From a virus (taxonomy: Duplodnaviria > Caudoviricetes), in the IMG/VR virus record IMGVR_UViG_3300037067_003221, positions 32,001 to 96,000 of that record: a stretch of DNA of 64,000 bases. One strand, 5' to 3'. Position numbers and translations under genes: made by a program. Below the pieces are notes generated by a model. The model was not told the origin of the DNA. It saw only the letters and a list, made by a program, of their open reading frames with translations, and did not search any database. Of the stretch, positions 10,034-19,259 are shown one piece after another (within the stretch, counting starts at the first letter, position 1; each line of letters opens with the position of its first letter).

Positions 10034-10236
10034 AATCGCAACCCTCTTGCTATGGGTTATGGTTTCGCTAGATATTCAAGTATAGCATACTTTGCGGGAA
10101 AGTCAAGTAAAATTCTTTCCCTGCCCTGATAATCAAGTATAGCCCACAATTCGGGATTGTCAAGGAAAATTCCGAAAATAATTTATTCAATATACTATAC
10201 AAGCGCGGAATCGAGTAGGGTGGGGTTGTATCGAAT

Positions 10237-10303
10237 ATCGGGGTCAAGACGATTGTAGCGGTGTTGCCTGTCTGGACCCCGACAACCCTAACAACCCCGA
10301 TTA
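10237..10303. repeat. CGGGGTC/GACCCCG element
   Basis: ATCGGGGTCAAG...GGACCCCGACAAC. Confidence 0.75.
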
Positions 10304-10331
10304 TTGACACAATCGATTTTGCGTTTTTCAC

Positions 10332-10359
10332 TTGACAACCGGCTTTTCCGTGCTATAAT
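10332..10359 (+). promoter_or_regulatory. Plus-strand (counter-oriented) sigma70-type promoter
   Basis: TTGACA-N16-TATAAT with extended -10 TG. Confidence 0.8.
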
Positions 10360-10485
10360 GTAAACAGTGGCGAAAAGGCAACATGCCAAAACGCAACATC
10401 CGAAAGTAGGGTTCCGGCTGTAACGATTATAGGCCCTACTTTGCGGTTCTACCCACTCTCTGTGAGGGGAGGGCACGATTTCAGG

Positions 10486-10527
10486 CCCTACATTGCGACC
10501 TCAAAAACTCCCCAGGTAAATTTTCCG
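10486..10527. repeat. Conserved ~43-bp box, copy 1 (others at 33453-33495 and 54268-54310)
   Basis: CCCTACATTGCGA-N-AAAA(C/T)TCCCCAGGT-N-AATTTT(T)CCG. Confidence 0.9.
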
Positions 10528-11233
10528 AACAAACCTGCTGCCGACGAACGCGCGGCGTATTTCCCAGGTAAATAATTCGCAGATTGCGAACTCAGCGTGA
10601 CCCCGATAAATGGCCCGATAAAGAAATAAAATAGGGCGTTGGGATGAATGAATAATCACCCCACGCCCGATGTAGCAACCAGTCGGTCGAATCCTTAACC
10701 TGTTAGAGGCGGTTCACTTCCATGCCTAACTACTACATTTAACACGCTAACCAGTCAGACTGTTGCAAACTACTGCGCCCGGCATTCAGCGGGCAATATG
10801 AACGGGGAGGTTATGAAGCGGTTAATTCCGCGAACGGGGGTTAGATACAGCCACCGACAATATACATTATCGTTTGCGGCCAAACCATTTTTAAGAAGTC
10901 CCGTTGTTCCCTCTCGTTGTTCCTTTTCGTTGTTGCATTGTCTTAACATTTTAATTATACCTCATTTTCAGGCTTTGTCAAGTAAGTTGCGTCAGATTTT
11001 TTGGAATTGTCTCGCCATAGAATTTTGGACAAAACCACGCAGCATTTTGTCAGTAGATTTTTCGGTCGGGGTTGATCGGATTATCGGGGTAAAGCGATGG
11101 GCGAAAAGTTTTGGCACGATTCTGACCCCGACATTTGGCATAACTGTACATAAAAATACCCCGTCCATAGTCGGGGTATCAACACGCTTCTAAGCGCGTT
11201 TGAAATTGCCGTAAATCCTTACCACATAAGCAC

Positions 11234-11554
11234 TTAGGGCGTTTCAAAACCCTCCCTATGCGTCAGGATATAATGGCGCGAATCCTGCTTAAAGGCGGTT
11301 AGCCAGTGGCGAAACCACACTTCTAATTGTGCAACCGGGTGCATACGCTTCATGCGTTTTCCTTCCAACCACGCCCGCCACACTGGATTGTTGGCATGTA
11401 GGTATCGCACGCGCCAACTAAAATAGTCCAGTAACCATTGATAATGCTCGGCAGTCAGGGCGGTATTGGTTTCACGCAACACGCCATCGAAAATGACCCG
11501 CACAATCAATGCAGTCCGATCTTCAAACACGTCGATAGGTGTCGGCTGATTCAT
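11234..11554 (-). CDS. Hypothetical protein
   Basis: ORF in a tightly coupled run of genes. Confidence 0.55.
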   Translation of the reverse strand: MNQPTPIDVFEDRTALIVRVIFDGVLRETNTALTAEHYQWLLDYFSWRVRYLHANNPVWRAWLEGKRMKRMHPVAQLEVWFRHWLTAFKQDSRHYILTHREGFETP

Positions 11555-11802
11555 TATTCCAACCCTATTACAATCAGGTCAGTCAGGGCAAGCAGCATAT
11601 TCCGCTCGACCCGCAAATCTTCCAACACGGCCTTCAAGGCTTTTCGCTGCGCCCGCTCGACCGTATCGGCCTCAAACATAACGGGCATTCTGTTGCGGCT
11701 TGTGTACACGCCCCAGAGCGAACCATCTTTGTAAAGGTGAATGAGTAGCGTATCGACAAAGGCCCGCCACGTTGACCTATCCTCTTGTTGCCAGTGTATC
11801 AT
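11554..11802 (-). CDS. Hypothetical protein (small MxxW family)
   Basis: MIHW...FEADTVERAQRKA; similar to 14342..14626 and 17252..17530. Confidence 0.6.
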   Translation of the reverse strand: MIHWQQEDRSTWRAFVDTLLIHLYKDGSLWGVYTSRNRMPVMFEADTVERAQRKALKAVLEDLRVERNMLLALTDLIVIGLE

Positions 11803-12013
11803 CGTTTTGAGTGTGGTAGTTTGTGCCGGGGGATAAGGTAAAGGGGGTGAAAGTCACGCCCAAACGGCTCACAGTCGATTGTTCGGGGCGTTAATAGTTT
11901 CCGGCATTCAGGGCACCGGAATCGGGAGGGGCGTTGCTTCCCCTCCCTTATCGGTTGGTCTGATACATTGCACCACTCACTTGTGGGGTGCTGTTTCGGT
12001 TTTCGTTTCTCTC

Positions 12014-12298
12014 TCATTTTCGGGCACGATTCTTCAACAGTTGGGCGTAAATAGTTTTGCCGCCCACAGTCGGGCGCGGCTTGGATTTCCAACCGCATAA
12101 CGCCATGATGTAACCGACGGTCAGCGCGCCCATGACCATAACACCACAGAAAAGCAGCGTCAAGACAGGGATAGCCATGACGATAGCCACGGGAATCCAA
12201 AGCGGGGAAAGTACCCAAAGCCAGGACCACGCGATAACGCCACACAATTTCAGGGCGATAAACAAAATCGCCAAGGCACCACAAAAACCAATCTTCAT
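12014..12298 (-). CDS. Small membrane protein
   Basis: LFIALKLCGVIAWSWLWVLSPLWIP is a common phage transmembrane motif; GGAG RBS. Confidence 0.7.
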   Translation of the reverse strand: MKIGFCGALAILFIALKLCGVIAWSWLWVLSPLWIPVAIVMAIPVLTLLFCGVMVMGALTVGYIMALCGWKSKPRPTVGGKTIYAQLLKNRARK

Positions 12299-12316
12299 GT
12301 CTCAATCTCCAAGGGG

Positions 12317-12574
12317 TTAAAGAAGTCTAATTGTTGAAATTATCAAATAGGAATCAAAGGAAAACGGGGACAGCATGTGCCGACCTTGACGGTTTTCCAG
12401 GTTGTTACGCCTTACGCAGTAATCTTCGACGGTTTCACCTTCATCAAGCAGCGGCCCGCCCTCACGCGAGGCAAGATCAGCTAGTTTCTCTTTGCTAACC
12501 GAAACGGCCAGGGGTGTTTCTCCCCAGTTGTAACCATCATACGACCACTCTTTGAGTATGTAAATGTGTTCCAT
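12317..12574 (-). CDS. Hypothetical protein, leaderless
   Basis: ATG lies 6 nt downstream of the TATACT -10 box. Confidence 0.6.
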   Translation of the reverse strand: MEHIYILKEWSYDGYNWGETPLAVSVSKEKLADLASREGGPLLDEGETVEDYCVRRNNLENRQGRHMLSPFSFDSYLIISTIRLL

Positions 12575-12580
12575 ATCACA

Positions 12581-12608
12581 AGTATAGCACAGTTTTTCAG
12601 TTTGTCAA
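12581..12608 (-). promoter_or_regulatory. Leaderless promoter; exact duplicate at 12972-12999
   Basis: TTGACAAACTGAAAAACTGTGCTATACTTGTGATATG occurs twice. Confidence 0.9.
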
Positions 12609-12965
12609 GGGCATGGCGATTATTTCGTCGATCATATCGCGGAAGCGTTTATTTTCTTTCAGTTGCTCTTTCAAGGTAAGCGGTTCGCGGGGATACTTAC
12701 CCAATTGGTCATTGCGGTAGCCCTCCGAAAGGCAGTCAATCATCCATCGCAGTTTGCCCCACCACGCCATATTTATTTGATGACTAATTTCATCGGTTCT
12801 TTCTCCTGCCGCGAACTTTGCTTCGCAGCGTTTTGTCCCGTCGAAAACAGCCAAAGATGCTTCGGTCAGTATATCATTAAAATCGCATCGGTGCATCCCG
12901 CTGATTATCACTTCACCACCGGGTAGAAACGTCACTCTGGGTTTTCGTGTTCGGTATTCTTTCAT
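12597..12965 (-). CDS. Hypothetical protein, leaderless
   Basis: ATG 6 nt after the -10 box. Confidence 0.6.
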   Translation of the reverse strand: MKEYRTRKPRVTFLPGGEVIISGMHRCDFNDILTEASLAVFDGTKRCEAKFAAGERTDEISHQINMAWWGKLRWMIDCLSEGYRNDQLGKYPREPLTLKEQLKENKRFRDMIDEIIAMPLTN

Positions 12966-12987
12966 ATCACAAGTATAGCACAGTTTT

Positions 12988-13869
12988 TCAGTTTGTCAAC
13001 CAGTCGAATTGAATTGTTCCATCAGGCATGATAACCACGGCCCGCACGTTATTGCCGTCCCCGGCTTGCTTGTACTTGGCAAGCTGCCGTAGGCTCGAAA
13101 ACGAGAATCGTAGCGTCTTTTCGCCGTACTTGTATTCTTCATACCAATAGTAATCGCCTATTTTTTGCTGAATAAATCGAAAGCGGGGGTCAGCTACCAC
13201 CCGATCTAAGAGTGGTTTCCAGCATAAATTTCGACTCCCCTCCGCATCGGTAGGGAAGCGTAAGGAAAAACGAGTATGATCGAACGAATTGATAAAGGCG
13301 ATAAAGTTATCAAAATTGTTATCCTGCAAAACCGTTTGAATAGTTGCGTTGCGAAAATGCGGCAGGTTCCAGTATTGACCCCGCTCAACACCAAAATAGT
13401 TATGAACGGATAAATTGATACGACGGGCATTCTGCAAACAATCGTGATACGGTGCGCCCGACGTATTAAGGTTATAAGTCGTATTTATGGCATTAAGCCG
13501 ATAGAATAAAAATGACAGATGATCGGGATAGAGCAACGGTTCGCCGCCCGTGATTGACAACGTAGGGAATAGCCCGGCGTATAGCAGCGCACAGAACAAC
13601 GAGTCAAGTGTCTGACATTGCTTGATTTCGTCCCGATTTTCATCGCCTACGGGATTCAATCGTTCGACGCAGAACGGGCAAGAGAAGGGGCATTTTTTCG
13701 TCACTAAAAGCTGAACATTCAGCCGCCGATAAATCGACGTATAGGCTTGCTCCGCAAATTCAAACGGATAGACGTTATGCTGCGTATAATACGCATACTC
13801 CGGCCCGAAAAACTTCTCGATAGTTTCGAGCGACGTATCAATTCGTTGACTTAGATCGAATGTTCTCAT
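12988..13869 (-). CDS. Radical SAM protein
   Basis: CPFSCPFC (CxxxCxxC) and ITGGEPL. Confidence 0.9.
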   Translation of the reverse strand: MRTFDLSQRIDTSLETIEKFFGPEYAYYTQHNVYPFEFAEQAYTSIYRRLNVQLLVTKKCPFSCPFCVERLNPVGDENRDEIKQCQTLDSLFCALLYAGLFPTLSITGGEPLLYPDHLSFLFYRLNAINTTYNLNTSGAPYHDCLQNARRINLSVHNYFGVERGQYWNLPHFRNATIQTVLQDNNFDNFIAFINSFDHTRFSLRFPTDAEGSRNLCWKPLLDRVVADPRFRFIQQKIGDYYWYEEYKYGEKTLRFSFSSLRQLAKYKQAGDGNNVRAVVIMPDGTIQFDWLTN

Positions 13870-13888
13870 ACAACAACTATACCATATT

Positions 13889-14179
13889 TCAGGCGGTTGT
13901 CAAGTGTCTATGGCAACGACTCAGCATATATTCGATGCGCGAGCAATCGAAACAATCATCACATTCCAGACACAACTCACAATCGTTGCAATAGGTACAA
14001 TTCGTACAGGTGGTCAGACCCCCAGAGGCTCGGCAATTAGTACAGCCGTCACAGAAGTCACATCTGATACAGTTTTCACAATTGGAACAGTTGACGCATC
14101 CGAAACAATTGCTACAATTCTCGCAATTGAAACAGTTGACGCAGTTAGTACAGTTGATATTGCCGTCGCTATCGGTCAT
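13889..14179 (-). CDS. Cys-repeat protein, DxxGNxNC family (copy 2)
   Basis: MTDSDGNINCTNCVNC followed by CxxC repeats. Confidence 0.7.
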   Translation of the reverse strand: MTDSDGNINCTNCVNCFNCENCSNCFGCVNCSNCENCIRCDFCDGCTNCRASGGLTTCTNCTYCNDCELCLECDDCFDCSRIEYMLSRCHRHLTTA

Positions 14180-14341
14180 TGGCAGTTTCCCAATACTTGA
14201 CCATCCGAGTAACCTACTTGCCAAGCCTCTTCCCATGCCATACGCGCAAGGGATTTAGCCCGCTCCCTATCTTGTATCCGGTTGAAAATAAATAGGAGTG
14301 GGCTTTGCTCTATCTTTTCATCCCACCATGCGTCAAAGACT

Positions 14342-14626
14342 TCATCCATTGTTTACCCTTTCGCTTCGGGATGCAAGGCGTAGCGCGTTATGCAAGCTAA
14401 CATCCCGGCCTATCCGCACTTTGATTGCTCCTGCTACCAGCATCACCGCCCTACGGCGGGCAGTCCGAATGTTAGCAGAGTTGTACCGTTTGTAAAGGCC
14501 GAATGAATCGCACGTTACGCGCCATTCGTTTCCTTCCAAGTTGTCAACGTAAAATCGCAAGGTTCCAAAGGTGCCAGTTGCGTTTTGTCCGCTCCGGTCT
14601 ATGTCCCATTGTATGGCGTTTACCAT
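14342..14626 (-). CDS. Hypothetical protein (small MxxW family)
   Basis: GAGG RBS; SANIRTARRRA helix motif. Confidence 0.55.
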   Translation of the reverse strand: MVNAIQWDIDRSGQNATGTFGTLRFYVDNLEGNEWRVTCDSFGLYKRYNSANIRTARRRAVMLVAGAIKVRIGRDVSLHNALRLASRSERVNNG

Positions 14627-14799
14627 TAGTAGTCCTCTTCCATACTGCCGTCAGAATAGCCCTCACTCCATCCTTCGGAATGACCCCGATTCCAGGCAGC
14701 AAGCCAAATTTCATGGGCGAGTTCCTTACCCTCAACCATATCGGGGTAATGTTCAAGCCACCACAATTCAAAATCTCGATTCATAGTTACCTCTTTCAG

Positions 14800-14872
14800 G
14801 GTGGCCGACGGGACTCGAACCCGCGCATCGCGGATTCACAGTCCGCCGCCTTACCAACTTGGCTACGACCAC
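14800..14872 (-). tRNA. tRNA-His(GTG)
   Basis: Cloverleaf; anticodon arm GCGGA-CTGTGAA-TCCGC; T-loop TTCGAGT. Confidence 0.9.
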
Positions 14873-14874
14873 AG

Positions 14875-14946
14875 CGGGCAAATAAGGACTCGAACCCTAA
14901 CCAACGGGTTTGGAAGCCGTCATGCTAGCCATTACACCATTCGCCC
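14875..14946 (-). tRNA. tRNA-Trp(CCA)
   Basis: Acceptor GGGCGAA/TTTGCCC, discriminator G, loop TTCCAAA; C-C mismatch at 31-39. Confidence 0.8.
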
Positions 14947-15143
14947 GATTACTCGTTATTCGTGTACTCAATCCAAGCCAGCCGCCAATATAAATCCAGC
15001 ATGGCAGACTTGACTTCGGCAGTGCAAACTACATTTTCCAAAACGTCCAACAACCTTTTCGTTGCGGCAATAATATCGTCACGTTGTCTTTCGGCGATAT
15101 AAAGTTTTGTTTCGGCAATATAAAGTTTTGTTTCCATATTCAA

Positions 15144-16109
15144 CTATACCATATTTTCAATGGTTGTCAAGTTTAATTTTTCCGACACCACATTATTGAA
15201 CGCCACAAGCCGCTGATTGCAGCCGTAACGGCAAACGCCATGCTTGCACGGCTCTTTGCTCTTGATACCATCCCGATACAAGTGGGAACAAGTCGATTCC
15301 TCACCATCCGGCCCGATAACCCGCTCACTCATGGAGAGGTAGCACGGCTCAGACAGATTGTTTTCGGGGAAGCGAGTACCAGCGATAAGCCGCTGTTTGC
15401 TGTCCATCGTTTCGCACAGTAACGCTAATGATTCCTCTGGCAGTAGCGATTTCATTTCCGGCACAATCCGCCAGAAAAAATTCTCAATATCTCCCGGCGA
15501 AAACACGAAATTCGGATTAGTTCCCTTGTACACCGAGAAAAACAGGGCGTACAAGTCGGGGAATACTTCATTGGAATATCGAATGAAGTCGGGCGCGTGC
15601 CGGTAGTTCTCCCTTGTCAGGGTGTACGTAATCGAAGTGACCGTATGTTTACACGCCCACTTGATATTGTTTACAACCTCATGGAAAGCGTCACGACCGA
15701 CCAAATTGTTCCAATAGGATGCGCTGCACGAATCGAGCGATACTTTCAACCGGCGAATATGCTGCGCAGGCGGGGCAATGTAGGCGTTAGTATTCAGGTG
15801 AAACTGATACTCGTTGCCATGCTCCTCGATGTAGGGGTACAGCCACGGCACAATGGACGGCTCGCCCCCGGTAATGTGGATAATCGCCGTTTTCCCGTAA
15901 GCCGCTACAATCTCTTCAAACCGCTCTTTGGAGAGGGTTTTCGGAGTCTGCGCGATATTGCAATACTTGCATCGAAAGTTGCAGCCTTCCGTAATAAACA
16001 CCGCAACCCGGCGAACGGGCGGGGCAATACCCGCGCGAACGCAGTCAACGGTTTCTTTCATCCGGGCGGCAAAGTTATCCCAATAAAGTGAGGGGCGTAT
16101 TGTGTTCAT
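15144..16109 (-). CDS. Radical SAM protein, leaderless
   Basis: CNFRCKYC, ITGGEP, C-terminal Cys cluster; ATG at 16109 lies 6 nt after TATAAT. Confidence 0.9.
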   Translation of the reverse strand: MNTIRPSLYWDNFAARMKETVDCVRAGIAPPVRRVAVFITEGCNFRCKYCNIAQTPKTLSKERFEEIVAAYGKTAIIHITGGEPSIVPWLYPYIEEHGNEYQFHLNTNAYIAPPAQHIRRLKVSLDSCSASYWNNLVGRDAFHEVVNNIKWACKHTVTSITYTLTRENYRHAPDFIRYSNEVFPDLYALFFSVYKGTNPNFVFSPGDIENFFWRIVPEMKSLLPEESLALLCETMDSKQRLIAGTRFPENNLSEPCYLSMSERVIGPDGEESTCSHLYRDGIKSKEPCKHGVCRYGCNQRLVAFNNVVSEKLNLTTIENMV

Positions 16110-16144
16110 ACTGCAATTATACCTTATTTTCAAGGGTTGTCAAG

Positions 16145-17242
16145 TTAGTCCCCAGCCTTAAAATTGTAAACCGGCTTGAGAACGTCCGTAATATCCGCCG
16201 TAGGCTCGATATTCGCTACAATCTCTTCCATTGCTTTATACGCCATAGGCGATTCATCCAACGTGTCGGGCGTAACGCTAGTGGTATAAATACCCTCCAT
16301 AGAGGCAGTAAAATCTTCCATGTTCAGCTTGCGTTTCGCTTCTTTCCGGCCCATCAACCGGCCCGCACCGTGCGGGGCTGATTGGTTCCACTCATAGTTG
16401 CCCTTACCCACGCAAAGCAAGCTACCATCCCGCATATTGATCGGCACAATAAACGGCTCACCCGCCCTTGCCGACACCGCGCCCTTTCGCAGAATGTTTT
16501 GCATATCGATGTAGTTGTGAACAGTTTGAAACTTGACAAGGCCGGTAAGCGGCACACCGAGAAGTTCCGTCACAATCCGACGAACCATTGTAACACGGTT
16601 CAGCGTTGCGTATCCCTGCACAGTCCGCATATCCGTCAAGTAATGATCTTTGAACGCGCCCGTTAAATAGCACAGGTCACGATGAATTTCAAGCCGCTCC
16701 GGGCAAAGTTCAGCGGCAAGGTGCTGATAATAATCAGCTACCTGCTTACCAAGGTTTCGGCTTCCCGAATGCACTACCAACCAAAGATCACCGGCAGTAT
16801 CGTGATTCACTTCGATGAAATGATTACCGCCGCCGAGCGAACCTAACGCAAGATCATAGTCGGCTTGTCGAATGCTCGCACCGCAATACAGGCCCGATAC
16901 ATCAAAGTGAGTCTGCGCGGTTTCATTGTTTCGGAAACCAAACGGGATTTTTTCGCGGATAAAATCGTCAAGCCGCTTCAAGTCAATCTCACGCTCGACG
17001 CGAACAACCGCCACCCCACAACCAATATCTACACCCACTAAGTTGGGGACAACCTTATCGCCCACCATCAGGGTGGTGCCGATAACGCAACCGGCCCCGG
17101 CATGGCAATCGGGCATGATACGCACCTTTGAATTAGCAGCAAACGAATGATCGATAAGTTGCTGTATCTGCGCGATAGTCGTTTCGTCCGGCGTATCCGT
17201 GAAGATTTTAGCCGCGGTGTAGCGTCCGGTAAGTTCGATCAT
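16145..17242 (-). CDS. rtcB: RNA-splicing/repair ligase RtcB
   Basis: MPDCHAG, VGVDIGCG, LGGGNHFIE, VHSGSR, HNY, SAPHGAGR and DESPMAYK motifs. Confidence 0.95.
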   Translation of the reverse strand: MIELTGRYTAAKIFTDTPDETTIAQIQQLIDHSFAANSKVRIMPDCHAGAGCVIGTTLMVGDKVVPNLVGVDIGCGVAVVRVEREIDLKRLDDFIREKIPFGFRNNETAQTHFDVSGLYCGASIRQADYDLALGSLGGGNHFIEVNHDTAGDLWLVVHSGSRNLGKQVADYYQHLAAELCPERLEIHRDLCYLTGAFKDHYLTDMRTVQGYATLNRVTMVRRIVTELLGVPLTGLVKFQTVHNYIDMQNILRKGAVSARAGEPFIVPINMRDGSLLCVGKGNYEWNQSAPHGAGRLMGRKEAKRKLNMEDFTASMEGIYTTSVTPDTLDESPMAYKAMEEIVANIEPTADITDVLKPVYNFKAGD

Positions 17243-17251
17243 AATGTTTCC

Positions 17252-17530
17252 TTAGTTTGTTAAGTACCGGGTTGTTAAATCCTCACGCAATTCCATAAGC
17301 ATTTCCGTATCTTTTAGAAGTTTCCATTCCATCGTTTCAATAGCGAAAACCGTAGCCCGTTGCTTTGCAGTTTGCAAATCGTTGGCGACGAAAATTCGAT
17401 CCCGTCCGTTGAATGTGGCAACCCATTGGTCGCTGCCCGGCAAATTCTTACGTAAAAGAATTTCATGCGGCTGAAAATTCCGCGAACCAGTTGCCACCCA
17501 TTTTGAATCAATTTGTTCCCATTCGAGCAT
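17252..17530 (-). CDS. Hypothetical protein (small MxxW family)
   Basis: MLEW...ANDLQTAKQRA. Confidence 0.6.
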   Translation of the reverse strand: MLEWEQIDSKWVATGSRNFQPHEILLRKNLPGSDQWVATFNGRDRIFVANDLQTAKQRATVFAIETMEWKLLKDTEMLMELREDLTTRYLTN

Positions 17531-17555
17531 TTTGTATTATTCCTTGTTATAAAAT

Positions 17556-17681
17556 GTAGCCGGGTGGGAGTCGAACCCACATAAGGCAACCGGCCTCTTT
17601 TGTGTTGGAGTCGAACCAACCCCCTCTTCCAGAGCTTCCCAGGGAATTGAACCCCGCACATTTTCCGCTAACGCCGACTAC
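17556..17681 (-). ncRNA. Putative tRNA-like ncRNA with three T-loop hairpins
   Basis: Closing stem GTAGTCGG/CCGGCTAC; hairpins GGG-TTCAATT-CCC, GTTGG-TTCGACT-CCAAC, GTGGG-TTCGACT-CCCAC; begins at the expected +1 of the promoter at 17688-17715. Confidence 0.7.
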
Positions 17682-17736
17682 ATTTTAATTATACCTCATG
17701 TTTTCTAAAAGTCAAATCAAGGTCCAATTATTCCTA

Positions 17737-17836
17737 TCGTCGGGGTCAAGTGAACGACCCGCCCGGCACTCATTCCGACCCCGACAATCAGACCTACCGG
17801 AAACAATAAAAGGCGGGGCTAATGATGACCCCGCCT
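17737..17836. repeat. CGGGGTC/GACCCCG element plus terminator
   Basis: GTCGGGGTCAAG...GACCCCGACAATC...AAAAGGCGGGG-loop-CCCCGCCT. Confidence 0.85.
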
Positions 17837-19259
17837 AACGGCATTACCGGCATTACCACCCAATAGTTACGGCTAAGGTATCCGGTTTCAGTCCCCGTAA
17901 CAGTCTGCCGATTAGAAAAAATAGCTCATAAAATATGCTCTAGGGGCAGCCAGCAATTCGACCAGATAATAGGCATTTATCGGAATAGCAATTGCCGCCA
18001 CAATCCAACTGATTGCCATCCCGGCATACGAAAGGATGTAAGGCGAATTATCGTCCATGTAGTTTTGCGGCTTGGTAACTTTTGCGATGCGGCTCAACGC
18101 ATACTGTATCGCCAAGGCCACCACAATAAGCACCGTAATCGCAATGCCATGTTTGATAATGCCCGCCAACACAAGTTGGTTGAAAGTTTCCGGCACTTCG
18201 CTCACAATCAAGTTCACATAATCCACGCTAGTTCTCCTCAAAAGGGTCAAGTAAATTAGCCAATAATTTGTGTCAAAGCAGCTTTGCCCGCTTCGTATTC
18301 TGCCGGGGTTGCTTCCCGCATCCGGGTCTGCTTACCGCTCGGATGGTTCCAACTGCAATGGCAAATGGAAGGGCCTAATCCGTGAATTGTCCAAGCGGCA
18401 TTGCCACAAATGTCACAGATAACGAGTTTTTCGTTAGGTGTCGGTTGCCCCTTGATCTTGAAAGTAGGGTAGTCGATTTTGACTTTGGTTTTCTTCATCA
18501 TGCTTTCAACCAATTTCGATAATTCCGACGGCCATATCGCAGTTGAAACAATCTTCGGCGATTTCTTCCACGGTCATAGTCGGGGCAAATTCAAACCCCA
18601 TCGGAATGAGAAGATTGAATAAAGCCTCTACTGGCGTAGCGGCCTCAATCTTGTGCATCTTGACCACGTTATCAAAATAGTTCATAAGTGACACGACGTA
18701 CAGTTTCATGTTTTCCTCTTATTGTTGGAGTCTATTCAAGTATAGCACACTTTTCGGAGTTGTCAAGTATCAATCCGATATTCATCGTTGCAAATTGCAT
18801 CTTTCACCGCTTCGATGAAAGTTTCCCACCCATAAAAGGTATGGTCATAGTCTCGACAGGCTACCTTGAATGGCATGTGTATCCACCCCTGTTGATATTC
18901 CTCATTCCATACGGCATACCAGCCGGGGAAGAAATGCACCCGCTTACCTGCGCGCAGGCCAGCTTCGATTGCGACGATATGATGGATATTTTTCATTACG
19001 CGCGTAATACCTCATGGATTGATTCCAATTCGTCAACCCGCGCTTGGATAAATTCACCGGCTAATTTCAGCAAGTTGGCTTTGCCAGTGTCCAAACCAGT
19101 ACCCAACGCGATACCATCGACAATCAAAGAACCGAACGTAATACGCCCGCCGCAACGGTCGCTTCCGATATTATGCCATAGCAACAACACTAGCCCACGT
19201 TCCTCTATGCGGTAGTATTGCAGGGGGTAATGATCGGGGTGAGTTTCTTCCAACGCATG

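Noticed and set aside
6123-10041. Long plus-strand and alternative-frame ORFs rich in T/I/V or Q/S/L (e.g. 6310..6819, 9347..10030; likewise 23326..23733, 31158..31580)
   Set aside because: Shadow frames of the Cys-rich minus-strand genes
14875-14946. tRNA-Gly(TCC) assignment
   Set aside because: The stem register ACGG/CCGT centres CCA in the loop, and discriminator G fits Trp
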